This document shows, piece after piece, positions 40,550 through 50,734 of a DNA stretch of 64,000 nucleotides (the first letter of the stretch is position 1; every line of letters begins with the position of its first letter). The notes below the pieces were generated by a model. It had not been told where the DNA came from. It was given only the letters and a program-made list of their open reading frames with translations, and did not search any database. The stretch lies in IMG/VR virus record IMGVR_UViG_3300011989_000009, positions 1 to 64,000 of that record. One strand, 5' to 3'. The DNA is from a virus (Duplodnaviria; Caudoviricetes). The position numbers and the translations under genes were made by a program.

Positions 40550-42541
40550 CTATCCCAACGGCAGAGCGCCCATTCCAGCGTAGTTGTTCAAGAAGAATTT
40601 CACGCCGATAAACAACGAGTCGAAAGCGTCGGTACCGTCGGTACGATACTCCAGACGCACCGCATTATCAGCGTCCTCGGATAGTTTCTCGCCCGCCTTA
40701 CACTTATGCCATCCCCGATAGCCGACCTCGACCTCTGCCATCTGCAAGGCGATACAAAGGGCTTCGTTGTTCTCGGTATTGATACGAATAGCAGGCCACG
40801 AAGCACCGACCAACGCCTCATTGATATACTTATATTTCTCACGATGTTCCATCGGCGTACCCATGTCAATGGCACGTACCGACCATCCAAATTCTGTCAA
40901 CATAGAGACAACGGTCGTGCGGAAATCCTCAGCGCCTTCGACAGCGTAACTACGAAACTTGGCCGTAGCATCGAAGAAATACGTCACCTCATTGCAGACT
41001 TTCCGCTTAGGCGCATAATAGTGGTTCCAGTCCGTCATCAACTCACGCAACTTGCGCTCATTCTTGACATACATAGAAGAAATGACGTTAAGACATTCTT
41101 TCCCGTCACGCTTGTAGACCTGTCCCGTCACCACCCAGTTGATGTTGGCGTTATAGTCCATGGCGATATAAAGCGGAAGGGAATCCACCACGTCACCGTC
41201 CAACGTACAGTCGTGCTTATCCTGCAAGAGACCGAAGTCGGGTGCCTCGAACTCTTCCTTACTACCGTCACGCGTATCAAGCGCTTCTTTCTTGACGTAA
41301 CTCTTGTCAATGGCCGGACAGTCATCCGGGACATAGCCGTGAATGTTTTCCAAATCGAGGTTAGAATAGAAGCCGTCATTGGTCTTCGTCACCTTCTTGT
41401 TCAAGATACTCACGGCAAAAACGACGGGCGGAAGGTCACGCGCCATGCGAGCGATATAGTTCTCTGAGACAATATCAAGATTGTCAAGCGTATTGGCCCG
41501 CCAGAAAGCAAAAGCGTTACACTGCAACAGACGGATATGCTCATTGTATTTCTTGCTCTCCTTGATCATCCCGATGTCGAAATACTGCTCCGATGTAATG
41601 AGGTATTTATGGCAATAAAGTCCTTCCGCCTCGTCAGCATTGATGAGATGGTAGTTGATGCACATATTGAGCATGGCCTTGTTGATACGCTTCCCATAAT
41701 TGGGCAGGATTTTGAAAGGTCCCTCGTGATTCATCATCATCTCAGCCTTGGTGCGGATCGCATCAATCTGCTCTTTCGGTTTGACAAGTACCGCGCAGCC
41801 GTCACGCTGAGCATTGCGCAGCAGCTCATTATAGAAGATGACACGCTCAGCATGATTTTCAAGCTCCTGCTGTATCTCACGATACGTTTTATCTTTCAAT
41901 GGCCCCGTGTCAGGATGAAGATCGAGTTTCTTTTCCTCCTGCTCCAGCCAATTACCCTTTGCCGACAATGCTGCATCGGAGGCAAAGAACGTAGAGCGGA
42001 ACAGTGGATTGCTGTCGGAAAATCCGGCATTGCCGAGGGGGTCCACCTGTCCGGACAGAGCGGGCATTACCTGGTCGTCAATCTTAGCCTTTGACATGAA
42101 CTTACACTCATCGGCAATAATCGAATTGGCTGTCAAGGAATTGGCAGAACCTACTACGGCCATGGAGATCAACGACCAATAGGCACCGTTGGCAAACCAC
42201 AAAACGTTATCCCACGACTTCGGTTTCAGAATAGGCAGAGAGGCAATACGCTTCGGCGGCTTGCCAAAACCAAAATCGATATTTGGCCTAAGATGGAACA
42301 TACGCTCCATGGCCGACAAAGTACCCGGCACGGTACGTGTATAGAGCTGTTTTCGGCTGTTACCAAGCCAGATGAAAGTACCTCGCGGCATAGAGGCTGT
42401 CACGCGAAAGACACGTGGCGCAATCGTACCATCCGTCTTGCCAAAACGACGTGCACCCAGCAAACGACCATCCCGTACATTGCAGTTATAGATGACCCAT
42501 TGCTTGTGGTTCATATAGACATCCCGTAATTCCTTGCTCAT
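40550..42541 (-). CDS. Terminase large subunit
   Basis: ARRFGKT Walker A, IIADE Walker B, AMDYN and TDGTDAFD nuclease motifs. Confidence 0.85.
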   Translation of the reverse strand: MSKELRDVYMNHKQWVIYNCNVRDGRLLGARRFGKTDGTIAPRVFRVTASMPRGTFIWLGNSRKQLYTRTVPGTLSAMERMFHLRPNIDFGFGKPPKRIASLPILKPKSWDNVLWFANGAYWSLISMAVVGSANSLTANSIIADECKFMSKAKIDDQVMPALSGQVDPLGNAGFSDSNPLFRSTFFASDAALSAKGNWLEQEEKKLDLHPDTGPLKDKTYREIQQELENHAERVIFYNELLRNAQRDGCAVLVKPKEQIDAIRTKAEMMMNHEGPFKILPNYGKRINKAMLNMCINYHLINADEAEGLYCHKYLITSEQYFDIGMIKESKKYNEHIRLLQCNAFAFWRANTLDNLDIVSENYIARMARDLPPVVFAVSILNKKVTKTNDGFYSNLDLENIHGYVPDDCPAIDKSYVKKEALDTRDGSKEEFEAPDFGLLQDKHDCTLDGDVVDSLPLYIAMDYNANINWVVTGQVYKRDGKECLNVISSMYVKNERKLRELMTDWNHYYAPKRKVCNEVTYFFDATAKFRSYAVEGAEDFRTTVVSMLTEFGWSVRAIDMGTPMEHREKYKYINEALVGASWPAIRINTENNEALCIALQMAEVEVGYRGWHKCKAGEKLSEDADNAVRLEYRTDGTDAFDSLFIGVKFFLNNYAGMGALPLG

Positions 42542-43281
42542 TGTCCGTCTCCTTTCTCCGGCTGGAAGTCGAATACATCCGGCTGCTGATCTTCTTCGGG
42601 CTGCTCCTCCGGAATCTGCCATGTACCGTCATTGTTCTGCATGAGGTCAATCACCTGCTTATCCGTCAAACCATAACGGCGTGCGATACGACGGCGCTCT
42701 TCCGGTGTGTAGTTCTGTTTATCGGGCTTGATGACCGACACGTCCATGGTGATATTGATGTCGCTCTTCGGCTGGTTGGCCGTCGGGTCATCCTTCTCCT
42801 CAAAGTTACCATAGAGCTGCATCTTCAAGTCGGCACCCGACTTCACGCTCCGGCTGTCACCCATCTTCATGCCCTCACGGATGAGCCAGTCGGACGCGTC
42901 GACAACCTTTGCCTTCTCGATAGCGTCGATAGGGGTCTGAAACTTATCAACGATATGATTGAAGAGCGCCACGTCGTTGCTCAATTCAGTGAGACTACGG
43001 CCAATGCCAGGGCGGATGCGCATGTCGTCGACGAGTGCCTGGGCTTTTGCGTCGCCATTGTCAGCACGCATCAACAGCACGGGATATTCCCGCGCCGAGA
43101 GTTTGCGCATCAGGTCGAGAGGCCGTATCTGCTTGTCCTGCAACCAGCGCTGATAGGCTTCGTAGACCACCATTGCTCGGTATTTTTGCGATGGGGTCAT
43201 AGCCATGCTCTGAATGTTCACACCGCCATACAGCCAGCGCTCGACCAAATCCACATATTTGTCACTGAGTTTACTCATCAA
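42538..43281 (-). CDS. Probable terminase small subunit
   Basis: Overlaps the terL start; helical; positional call only. Confidence 0.45.
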   Translation of the reverse strand: MMSKLSDKYVDLVERWLYGGVNIQSMAMTPSQKYRAMVVYEAYQRWLQDKQIRPLDLMRKLSAREYPVLLMRADNGDAKAQALVDDMRIRPGIGRSLTELSNDVALFNHIVDKFQTPIDAIEKAKVVDASDWLIREGMKMGDSRSVKSGADLKMQLYGNFEEKDDPTANQPKSDINITMDVSVIKPDKQNYTPEERRRIARRYGLTDKQVIDLMQNNDGTWQIPEEQPEEDQQPDVFDFQPEKGDGQ

Positions 43282-44477
43282 TCCTTGTTATCGTCAGAAT
43301 CAGTAGTTTGTTTTTCAGTATCTTTTTCCGGCTGCTCAGAAGATTTTTCTTCCGGCTGCTCAGAAGCATCCTTCGCCTTTTGATTACGCTGATAATCTTC
43401 TTCGGCTGCCTTGATAAGCGGGAGATAGTCGTCGGCATAATCCTTACCTTTCAACTCAGCGAGACGCTCATAGCGTGCCTTCATCTCCTGCACACGATGC
43501 TGTGTATTGGGCTTATCCTTGCGAAGAAGATATTTGATGATACCGCGTGCCTCGGCTTCTATCTTCTCCTGTTTCTCACGCTCTGCGGCCTGCTTGGGAT
43601 CATGGGCTTTTATGTCTTCGATGATACGGGCTTTGAAAACCTCTTTGTCCTCCTGCTTATCAAAATAGGGCCGGAGCTGAGTGCGCAAAGCGGCTATATC
43701 CACACCCTGCTTCTCTTTTTCCTCGCGATAAGCAGTATCTTCTTTCAAGCGCACATAGACAGTAGCCATCTCAGTGTCTACACGCTCATAGATACGCTCA
43801 TAAGCCTCGGTATTCTGTACGGCCTCTTGTGCGTAGACTTTCACCTTCTCTGCATCAATACCATCCTCCACCATCTGCTTAGCCTTTGTCGAGGCTTCTG
43901 CGGCTTTCGCACGAAGGTCACGTATCGTTCCGACAGCCTCCTGCAAGGTATCGGACATGAGCCATTTGAGCTGGTCGAGATGTAATAAGGAACCACCTTG
44001 CACACTGCCCGACACGGTACCCGGCACAACGGGTGTGACGGTGGGTATTTCACTCATCGGACCAAAGACGGTCTGTGTCTTGGCCTCGGCTTCTTTTCTG
44101 TCCTGCTCGGCTTTGAGCTTTCTGGCCAACGCCTGTTCTTTCGTAGGACGACCCACATGCTTTTTTAATAAATCAGGATTGGTGAGATCTACTACAGCGT
44201 CCGTACCAATCATCTTCTGTGCGTCCTGGGCCACCTTATCAGCAAAACGACGCAACAGACGCTTACGGCTACGATAGTCCTTGAAGCGCAAGGACTCTTT
44301 GACGAATGAATGGCAATAGCCAAAGACATTGATGAAATTCAGCCCCTGCTCGAATTTCTCCCGGTCGATGTTGCTTTCTTTCTCAATTTCCGGCAACGTC
44401 GTTGCATACCATGGCTGGAAGTCAACGAGCCAGTCCTTCCTCTCCTGCTCGTTCATCTGTGAAAATTGCTTCTGCAT
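43278..44477 (-). CDS. Hypothetical coiled-coil protein
   Basis: 399-aa ORF with late-type promoter. Confidence 0.7.
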   Translation of the reverse strand: MQKQFSQMNEQERKDWLVDFQPWYATTLPEIEKESNIDREKFEQGLNFINVFGYCHSFVKESLRFKDYRSRKRLLRRFADKVAQDAQKMIGTDAVVDLTNPDLLKKHVGRPTKEQALARKLKAEQDRKEAEAKTQTVFGPMSEIPTVTPVVPGTVSGSVQGGSLLHLDQLKWLMSDTLQEAVGTIRDLRAKAAEASTKAKQMVEDGIDAEKVKVYAQEAVQNTEAYERIYERVDTEMATVYVRLKEDTAYREEKEKQGVDIAALRTQLRPYFDKQEDKEVFKARIIEDIKAHDPKQAAEREKQEKIEAEARGIIKYLLRKDKPNTQHRVQEMKARYERLAELKGKDYADDYLPLIKAAEEDYQRNQKAKDASEQPEEKSSEQPEKDTEKQTTDSDDNKD

Positions 44478-44641
44478 AAAATCCTTTATTTTAGTGTTTT
44501 AACACTACAAAGATACCAAAACAGCCTGTCGGAAAAGGGACAGAAAAACCCCGCCACCAGGATGGTGACGGGGCCGGGGGCGAGGGTTCCATGCAAACGC
44601 ATGGAGAGGAAGTTACACCATTTTATCAATTCATACGTGCA

Positions 44642-45214
44642 TTAAGCGCCGGGTGCCGATTTGGAAGCCGAAGCCAACAGACTGTCCCAACCGCCGGTCT
44701 CAGGCTCCTTGACGTAGAGTGTGTCGTACTTCACGCCGTTGAGCTTGAACTGGAGCGTTGTAGCGCGGTCATCAGAGCTCTGCTTACCGGTATCGGCCTT
44801 GATACCACCGTCGTCGCAGGTGACACGCTTGTTGGGGTCATAGAGGATGAGAGAATCACCCGTACCGGCATCCATGACAATCAGGAAGAGGTCGAGGTTG
44901 TTGAACGCGCGGCTCAGCTTCGAGATGGTCTTATTGACAGCATCAATCGTGCCGTCATACGTCAGGTTAAAGCCCTTGTTCTGACCTGCCGACTGACCCT
45001 GCACCTGCTGGGTGTCATTCTTCAAGTCAAAGCGGTAGAGACCCTTACCGGTGTTGAACTCCGGCGTAGAATACTCGTTATCCGTCAGCACCATCGGAGA
45101 CTTCAAGTCGGCCTTGTTACCGACATAGAGGACGGAAGATGTGCCGCCGATATTCTCCAAACACTTCTCTGAGTTAAGATAGTCCTGGAGAGTGGGGCAT
45201 GTTACTGTATCCAT
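44642..45214 (-). CDS. Putative major tail tube protein
   Basis: 190 aa directly after the capsid; ENIGGT..TGKQSSDDR..TLQF pattern. Confidence 0.55.
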   Translation of the reverse strand: MDTVTCPTLQDYLNSEKCLENIGGTSSVLYVGNKADLKSPMVLTDNEYSTPEFNTGKGLYRFDLKNDTQQVQGQSAGQNKGFNLTYDGTIDAVNKTISKLSRAFNNLDLFLIVMDAGTGDSLILYDPNKRVTCDDGGIKADTGKQSSDDRATTLQFKLNGVKYDTLYVKEPETGGWDSLLASASKSAPGA

Positions 45215-45321
45215 AATTGTGTTTGTGTTAAGTTTAGAAAAGAAATGAAACTGAAAGAAGGAATAGGGGCGGGACAGGGCGCGGCTAAGCCGCCACCCTT
45301 GCAACCCCTATAAATCCAACG

Positions 45322-46641
45322 TTAGGCGTTGGCCTTGAAGAGAGCCGTGATCGCCATCGGCATACCATTGGCCGTGATAGTGATCTTGGCATCAGTCTTG
45401 CCGTTGCTCCAGTTGGTGAAGGTATAGCCTGATGCAGGCTTAGCCTCCAGTGTGATGATGTCGTTAGCAGCGAACTCCTTCGGCGTGGTGTAAGGCTCGC
45501 CATTGACGGTGACGCTACCCATCTTGCTGTCGGCAGTGACAGTGAGGAAGGAGTTGTCGTAGTCGCCGTTGATGTTGTTAGGCTGGATGCCGCCGTTGGA
45601 CATGACGAAAGCGGAAGGCAGCGGGTTCATCAGACGGGTGCCCTGGATAGACTGAATCTGGAAGATGACATCCTGAGCATCGTTGTCAGAGCCGAACTGT
45701 GTCTTGACGAACGTCTGGTTGTTCAGTGAGTCAACACCGTACTGCAAGTTGTTGACAACAGATGCCATCAGACGGGTACCGGTGCCATAGACATCAGAAG
45801 GAACAAACTGCACGTGTGGCATCTCAGGAACAGTGAAGTTGCCGTTGGGCAGGTAGTTCACCTTAGAGTTGCCGTGGTACTTGTTCAGATAACCGGCAGC
45901 GATGTAGATACCGCGGAGCACGTCGCAATAGAGACGGACATCGCGCTGCTGACGCAGACGAGCGTCCCACTTAGCGTACCATTCCAGCACGGTGTCGAAA
46001 GGTTCTGAGTCCTTATCGTCGACAGGAGCGGCGATAGCCTCGCAAGGGATGATGTTGTGATTAGCCTCACTGATGATGCCGTCGGCAATGTCGAGGTTGA
46101 TGTTGGTGTGGAAACCGTTGTAGAGAGAGAGCTTGGCCTTTTCCTTCTCCTCAGGAGTCAGTGTCTCACCTTTCCGTTCCTTCTCGGCATAGACATCGTT
46201 GTCGCCGTCGCCGAAGAAGAGGTTGGCGGTCAGATCCTCGGCATAGGTGCGCATGATGGCCTCTGCTGCCGTGGTAGAGAAGGGATAGTCGCCACCGGGC
46301 TTGCCGTCAGTACCGAAGACGGTCTCAACATAGCGGTCGATATTGTCGGTGAAGCGGTTCCAAGAGAGCTTGGCCTCCAGCGTGCGCTCCTTCAAGATAC
46401 CGATCTTGTTAGATACGGGCTTACCGACGACCTTGCGGCGGGTAGTACCACCCTGGCGCACGAGAAGAGTATCAACCTTCTTGAACTGAACACCGGAAAT
46501 AACCTGAATACCCATGCGGTCGATGAGCTCAGGATCATAGTAAGCAGGACCCATGATAACCTGCTTGCCTACCTGCTCTGCTACGTGCTTGATCTCATCG
46601 GTAGAGAGTGCGTAGGTCTGCTTTGTGCTTGTGTCTGCCAT
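45322..46641 (-). CDS. Major capsid protein with C-terminal Ig-like / bacterial repeat domain
   Basis: Follows the protease/scaffold; C-terminal ITLEAKPASGYTFTNWSNG. Confidence 0.7.
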   Translation of the reverse strand: MADTSTKQTYALSTDEIKHVAEQVGKQVIMGPAYYDPELIDRMGIQVISGVQFKKVDTLLVRQGGTTRRKVVGKPVSNKIGILKERTLEAKLSWNRFTDNIDRYVETVFGTDGKPGGDYPFSTTAAEAIMRTYAEDLTANLFFGDGDNDVYAEKERKGETLTPEEKEKAKLSLYNGFHTNINLDIADGIISEANHNIIPCEAIAAPVDDKDSEPFDTVLEWYAKWDARLRQQRDVRLYCDVLRGIYIAAGYLNKYHGNSKVNYLPNGNFTVPEMPHVQFVPSDVYGTGTRLMASVVNNLQYGVDSLNNQTFVKTQFGSDNDAQDVIFQIQSIQGTRLMNPLPSAFVMSNGGIQPNNINGDYDNSFLTVTADSKMGSVTVNGEPYTTPKEFAANDIITLEAKPASGYTFTNWSNGKTDAKITITANGMPMAITALFKANA

Positions 46642-46696
46642 AACTTTATAATTTTAATGGTTAAAATTTTGTGTTTATGTTGTTGTGAGAAAGTGA

Positions 46697-48310
46697 TTAG
46701 AGCTGCTTGCGAAGGTTGGCGAAATACTCGTCACGGATCTTCTTGTTCTCCAGAGGTGTCTTGAACTCGTCGTACTCCGGCATACCGCAGGTACGCTCTT
46801 TCTGCTCAGCGTTGGCGCCGTTGGTGGCAGGACTCTGCTGGGGTGCGGAAGCAGCCTGGGCGGTGAGCTCGGCGACTTTGTTCTGGAGATCCTTGACATT
46901 CTGCTCAGCGTCGGAAGCCTTCTTCTCAGCGTCGGCAATCTTCTTGTCAGCGTCGGCCTTTGCGTCAGCCATCGCTTTGTCGTTGGCCTCCTTAGCGTCA
47001 GCAAGAGCTTTGTCGTTAGCCTCCTTAGCGTCAGCAAGGGCTTTGTCGTTGGCCTCCTTAGCGTCAGCAAGGGCTTTGTCATTGGCAGTCTTCAAAGCGG
47101 CATTCTCTTCGTTGGCCTTCGTGAGCTGTGCGGTGAGCTCAGCAATCTTCTTGTCAGCATCGGCCTTCTCAGTGGCCTGCTTCTCTAAGGTCTCGTTGAG
47201 CTTGTCAAGCATGGCAGGAACGAAATGCGTACCCTCCTCGTTGCAGACAAACTCAGACACGCCACAAGCAGTGGCAATTTTCTGATATTTTTCCATGTTT
47301 ATCTTGTTTTGAGAGTTGTTGTTCGATTTGGAAGCGGCATTGGTGTCGTCATCATCGTCGGGTTCTTCGGGGTTCTCAGGATAAGAGGGTACCTCACGTG
47401 TCAATGGCTGTACGGTACCGTCACTGACCTCGAAGATATGGCGAAGCAAATCGCCGAAAGTCATCTGACCGTCGCAAAGGATTCCGTCAACATCCTCGGC
47501 ATTGAAAGTTTTGCCATGAAGGTGCTCTTTCTTAGCCTTCGGGAAAGACTTGCGAATCTGTGCACGGAACTCTTTGCCGTCAGCCTTCAACTCGTTGATG
47601 AGCTCGGTATCGTCGCCTTTGTTGACAATATCGCGATACCATTTGTTCTTATCGAAGGACTGCGGATCATAGAGCTCGTGGTAGGTCTCATCGGTGAACT
47701 GATTCTTGTCGCCGTCTTTCTCTGAATAGAAAGCAGCGAGAATGCCGATGCAACCGATCCGATCCTTCGGGTGCATGTAGTACACCTCGTCACAGAGTGA
47801 GGCGAGCCACATGGCAGCGCTGGCACACGTACCGTCGATGAAGGCGTAGACACGCTTGCCCATCTTGTGGGAGTAGTCGATGCCCTGCTGGAAGTCGTTC
47901 TTAGCCCATGCCGAACCACCGGGAGAATCGATGTAGAACACCTGCGCCACACAATACTCGTTGTTGGCGGCCTCGATGAGCCAGTCACGCAAGTCAACAG
48001 AACCATAGGAACAGGCACCGCCACTACGTGTGATAGGACCCTGCACCGGCATGACATTGATAAAAGGCTCGTCCATATCCTCCATGTACCATCTGGATGA
48101 CTGCTTGCCCTTCTCGGTCACTTGATAGCTCTTTATCTCAGGCGTCTCACCCTTGGCCTTACGCTGCACGGCATAGGGGAGCTTCTTCCCGTCGAAACCG
48201 ACGGCGATATGTCCATTGAGATTGTGCTCCAGCGTCTTGCGGATGCCGTGCGCAAAGTCAGGACTCACCATCCATTTCTTTGTCGTCAAGATTTCTAATA
48301 GTCCATTCAT
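46697..48310 (-). CDS. S49 (SppA/ClpP-like) prohead protease fused to scaffold
   Basis: IDSPGG, CASAAMWLAS, IGCIG; C-terminal ANDKALADAKE repeats. Confidence 0.88.
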   Translation of the reverse strand: MNGLLEILTTKKWMVSPDFAHGIRKTLEHNLNGHIAVGFDGKKLPYAVQRKAKGETPEIKSYQVTEKGKQSSRWYMEDMDEPFINVMPVQGPITRSGGACSYGSVDLRDWLIEAANNEYCVAQVFYIDSPGGSAWAKNDFQQGIDYSHKMGKRVYAFIDGTCASAAMWLASLCDEVYYMHPKDRIGCIGILAAFYSEKDGDKNQFTDETYHELYDPQSFDKNKWYRDIVNKGDDTELINELKADGKEFRAQIRKSFPKAKKEHLHGKTFNAEDVDGILCDGQMTFGDLLRHIFEVSDGTVQPLTREVPSYPENPEEPDDDDDTNAASKSNNNSQNKINMEKYQKIATACGVSEFVCNEEGTHFVPAMLDKLNETLEKQATEKADADKKIAELTAQLTKANEENAALKTANDKALADAKEANDKALADAKEANDKALADAKEANDKAMADAKADADKKIADAEKKASDAEQNVKDLQNKVAELTAQAASAPQQSPATNGANAEQKERTCGMPEYDEFKTPLENKKIRDEYFANLRKQL

Positions 48311-48586
48311 ATTTTGATGAATTGATGAATTACTGAGTTGATGAATTGATGAAATCAATCATTGATGACGCAAAGATATAAAAGGCAAAAAGGGAAGAGG
48401 GTAGGGGAGAAAACGCAAAAAAGCCGTTTCAGGGCAAATCACTGCTCCGAAACGGCTTCATCTTCTCGCTGTCATCACGACAGACGGGAGAAGGTCATAC
48501 AATCAACGTAATACATTCACGTCAACTAAAAACATTTACATTTATATTGTTTAATTTGGCAAATGAAAAAAAGCTACTGTCGTTAT

Positions 48587-49072
48587 TTAAGCTATCGTCA
48601 GGTCAACGAGGGCGCTCATGCTCTGCGCCTTCACCTTCACGATGACGGTGGGTGTCCCGGCAACGGTCGTCTCTACGTCAAAGGTGAAAGTGTTGGGCAG
48701 AACGTAGCTCATCGAGTGACTTCCGTCGGCATGTGTATATATAAGGTGGCAATCGTAGCCCTGGATGGCATTGCAGACGGCTTGAATGTCACGGCGCGAG
48801 AGGTTGCAAGTGGCCTGCAAGTCATGGGTGTAGACAACGCCGTTGCCGGAACGGGCACCCGAAATCTTCAAGGAGGCGTTGCCCTGCATCTGATAACCGT
48901 CGGGATTTGTCGTCAGTGAGACAACGGGATTGCCCGTATAAGGTAGCGTCGTAACGACGGATTCAAGGGGAATGGTAACAGGGGTCCCCACCGTGCTCTG
49001 TGCGCTCTTGATGATGTCGATACGCACAATATCATCAGAAATCAGCTCTGTACAAGATTTATCTTTCGTCAT
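48587..49072 (-). CDS. Hypothetical structural protein
   Basis: 161-aa ORF. Confidence 0.65.
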   Translation of the reverse strand: MTKDKSCTELISDDIVRIDIIKSAQSTVGTPVTIPLESVVTTLPYTGNPVVSLTTNPDGYQMQGNASLKISGARSGNGVVYTHDLQATCNLSRRDIQAVCNAIQGYDCHLIYTHADGSHSMSYVLPNTFTFDVETTVAGTPTVIVKVKAQSMSALVDLTIA

Positions 49073-49202
49073 TTCTATAAGATTTTTATCGTTTATATAG
49101 GGGCGGACAACGGGCGGACAAAAATAAATTGCTTAAAAGCCGTATTTTAACACTCCTTTAAGAACATTTTTGTTTTCGTTTTGACCTAAATCAATTCTTC
49201 TG

Positions 49203-49940
49203 TCACGCTTTCTGTTCTTTTCTTTCTGCTCTTCTTATCTCCTTCTCATCGATACGGGCAATGTTGATGTCCGTCTCAAAGCGGGGATTGTTGGCCAGCC
49301 GGTGGGCTTCCTCACGCCAACGTCGTGCCAGACGTTTCATGGTGTCTGTCTCGCGATCGTCATAGCTGACCGGTATGTCGTGCTCCATCATAAACCGCTC
49401 CAATATCTCGATAGCGGTACGCTCGATACCCTGTCCTCTTGCAAAGGTAATACTATCCTGCTCGAAGCGAAGGTATTCACGAATAAATGCCTCACGCATC
49501 AGTCGGCGCAGCTCCTGGGCCGGACGGGTGTCGATGGTGAACGACTTATTGACCTTCACGATGCGGTCGCCCATGCGCACCTCTTTGGGCAGTGCGATAC
49601 AGAGAAAATCAAAAGACTCTGAGCGGTTCTTATTCTTTAGCTTATCCAGTGCACAGACTTCGGGAAACGTGAGATAGTCTTTCGCGTCGCGATTGAGCAC
49701 CTGTGTGCCTCCTTGCGGTGGACACCCTCGCAACATGTTCTGCCATGCCGACTGAGAATAACAGGAGGCGGAATGTTGATGCGCTTCCGGCACGATACGA
49801 AGTCCTTTTACCAAGACAGGGTATTCCTGGGTGTAAGGAGAGAAGGTGATAGGCTGGTCCTTGGCCAGTGACTGCCCGTCACCCGTTGACCGCATGAAAG
49901 CGGCGACATAAGATGATATGCGAAGATAGATGTTTGCCAT
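49203..49940 (-). CDS. Hypothetical protein (candidate late regulator)
   Basis: 245 aa at the boundary of the late module; function not evident. Confidence 0.6.
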   Translation of the reverse strand: MANIYLRISSYVAAFMRSTGDGQSLAKDQPITFSPYTQEYPVLVKGLRIVPEAHQHSASCYSQSAWQNMLRGCPPQGGTQVLNRDAKDYLTFPEVCALDKLKNKNRSESFDFLCIALPKEVRMGDRIVKVNKSFTIDTRPAQELRRLMREAFIREYLRFEQDSITFARGQGIERTAIEILERFMMEHDIPVSYDDRETDTMKRLARRWREEAHRLANNPRFETDINIARIDEKEIRRAERKEQKA

Positions 49941-49963
49941 AATGATAAGGATTTGTAAATGTG

Positions 49964-50503
49964 TTATTCGTCGGGAAAGAGCAAATCGATGTGACTACCA
50001 AAGCGTGAGATGATCTTCAACCGCGATTGTTCCGTCAAAGGAGTGTCGTTGTTCAGAATGACATCAATCTCATCCGGGGAGAGCTCTTCACGGCCGTAGT
50101 CGCGGATTCTACGTGATATATCAATGTCGTCAGCAGGGATATGCCGACGGACATAGGCAACCTTGATGTCATACTCATCAGAGTAGTAACGTTTCAGATA
50201 ATGGTAGCCTTCGACATCAATCACATAAGTGTTAATGACATCATCCTTCACATCGCGCTTGTCGGCCCAATACTCGTAATTGCCGTACTTAGTATAAGCC
50301 AGCATATTCTTGCCGTCGGGTTTCTGTTCCGGCTTGACGAAATGATGTTCCACGCCATCCGTCTCACCCGGACGCATGGGACGAGTCGTGTAACTGACAA
50401 TGGGATGATAGTGAAAAGGCGTGAACAAATCCAAAAGCCGTTCAATGGTTGTCTTACCGCTACCGCTACGCCCAATGATACATAAGATCTTTTTCTTGCT
50501 CAT
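49964..50503 (-). CDS. gmk: Guanylate kinase-like protein
   Basis: GRSGSGKT; SYTTRPMRPGETDGVEHHF. Confidence 0.85.
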   Translation of the reverse strand: MSKKKILCIIGRSGSGKTTIERLLDLFTPFHYHPIVSYTTRPMRPGETDGVEHHFVKPEQKPDGKNMLAYTKYGNYEYWADKRDVKDDVINTYVIDVEGYHYLKRYYSDEYDIKVAYVRRHIPADDIDISRRIRDYGREELSPDEIDVILNNDTPLTEQSRLKIISRFGSHIDLLFPDE

Positions 50504-50507
50504 CGTC

Positions 50508-50723
50508 TCAGTCTTTTTCAAACTCCTTGATAGCGTCATCGACGGTCTGAATCTCGTCGGACTCGTCCTTATAACCCACGGCACGTAGACAGCTCCGAAG
50601 ATTCATCAAAGCCAGCACGAGAGAAGAGGAATTGGTCTTGCCCTCCACCGTCGTACCATCAGAAGTTTTCAACCTGGCCACGCGCTGGCCATCATGGAAT
50701 AATGAGATTTTCAATTCTAACAT
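50508..50723 (-). CDS. Hypothetical protein
   Basis: 71-aa ORF in operon. Confidence 0.6.
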   Translation of the reverse strand: MLELKISLFHDGQRVARLKTSDGTTVEGKTNSSSLVLALMNLRSCLRAVGYKDESDEIQTVDDAIKEFEKD

Positions 50724-50734
50724 GGTTATAATGA

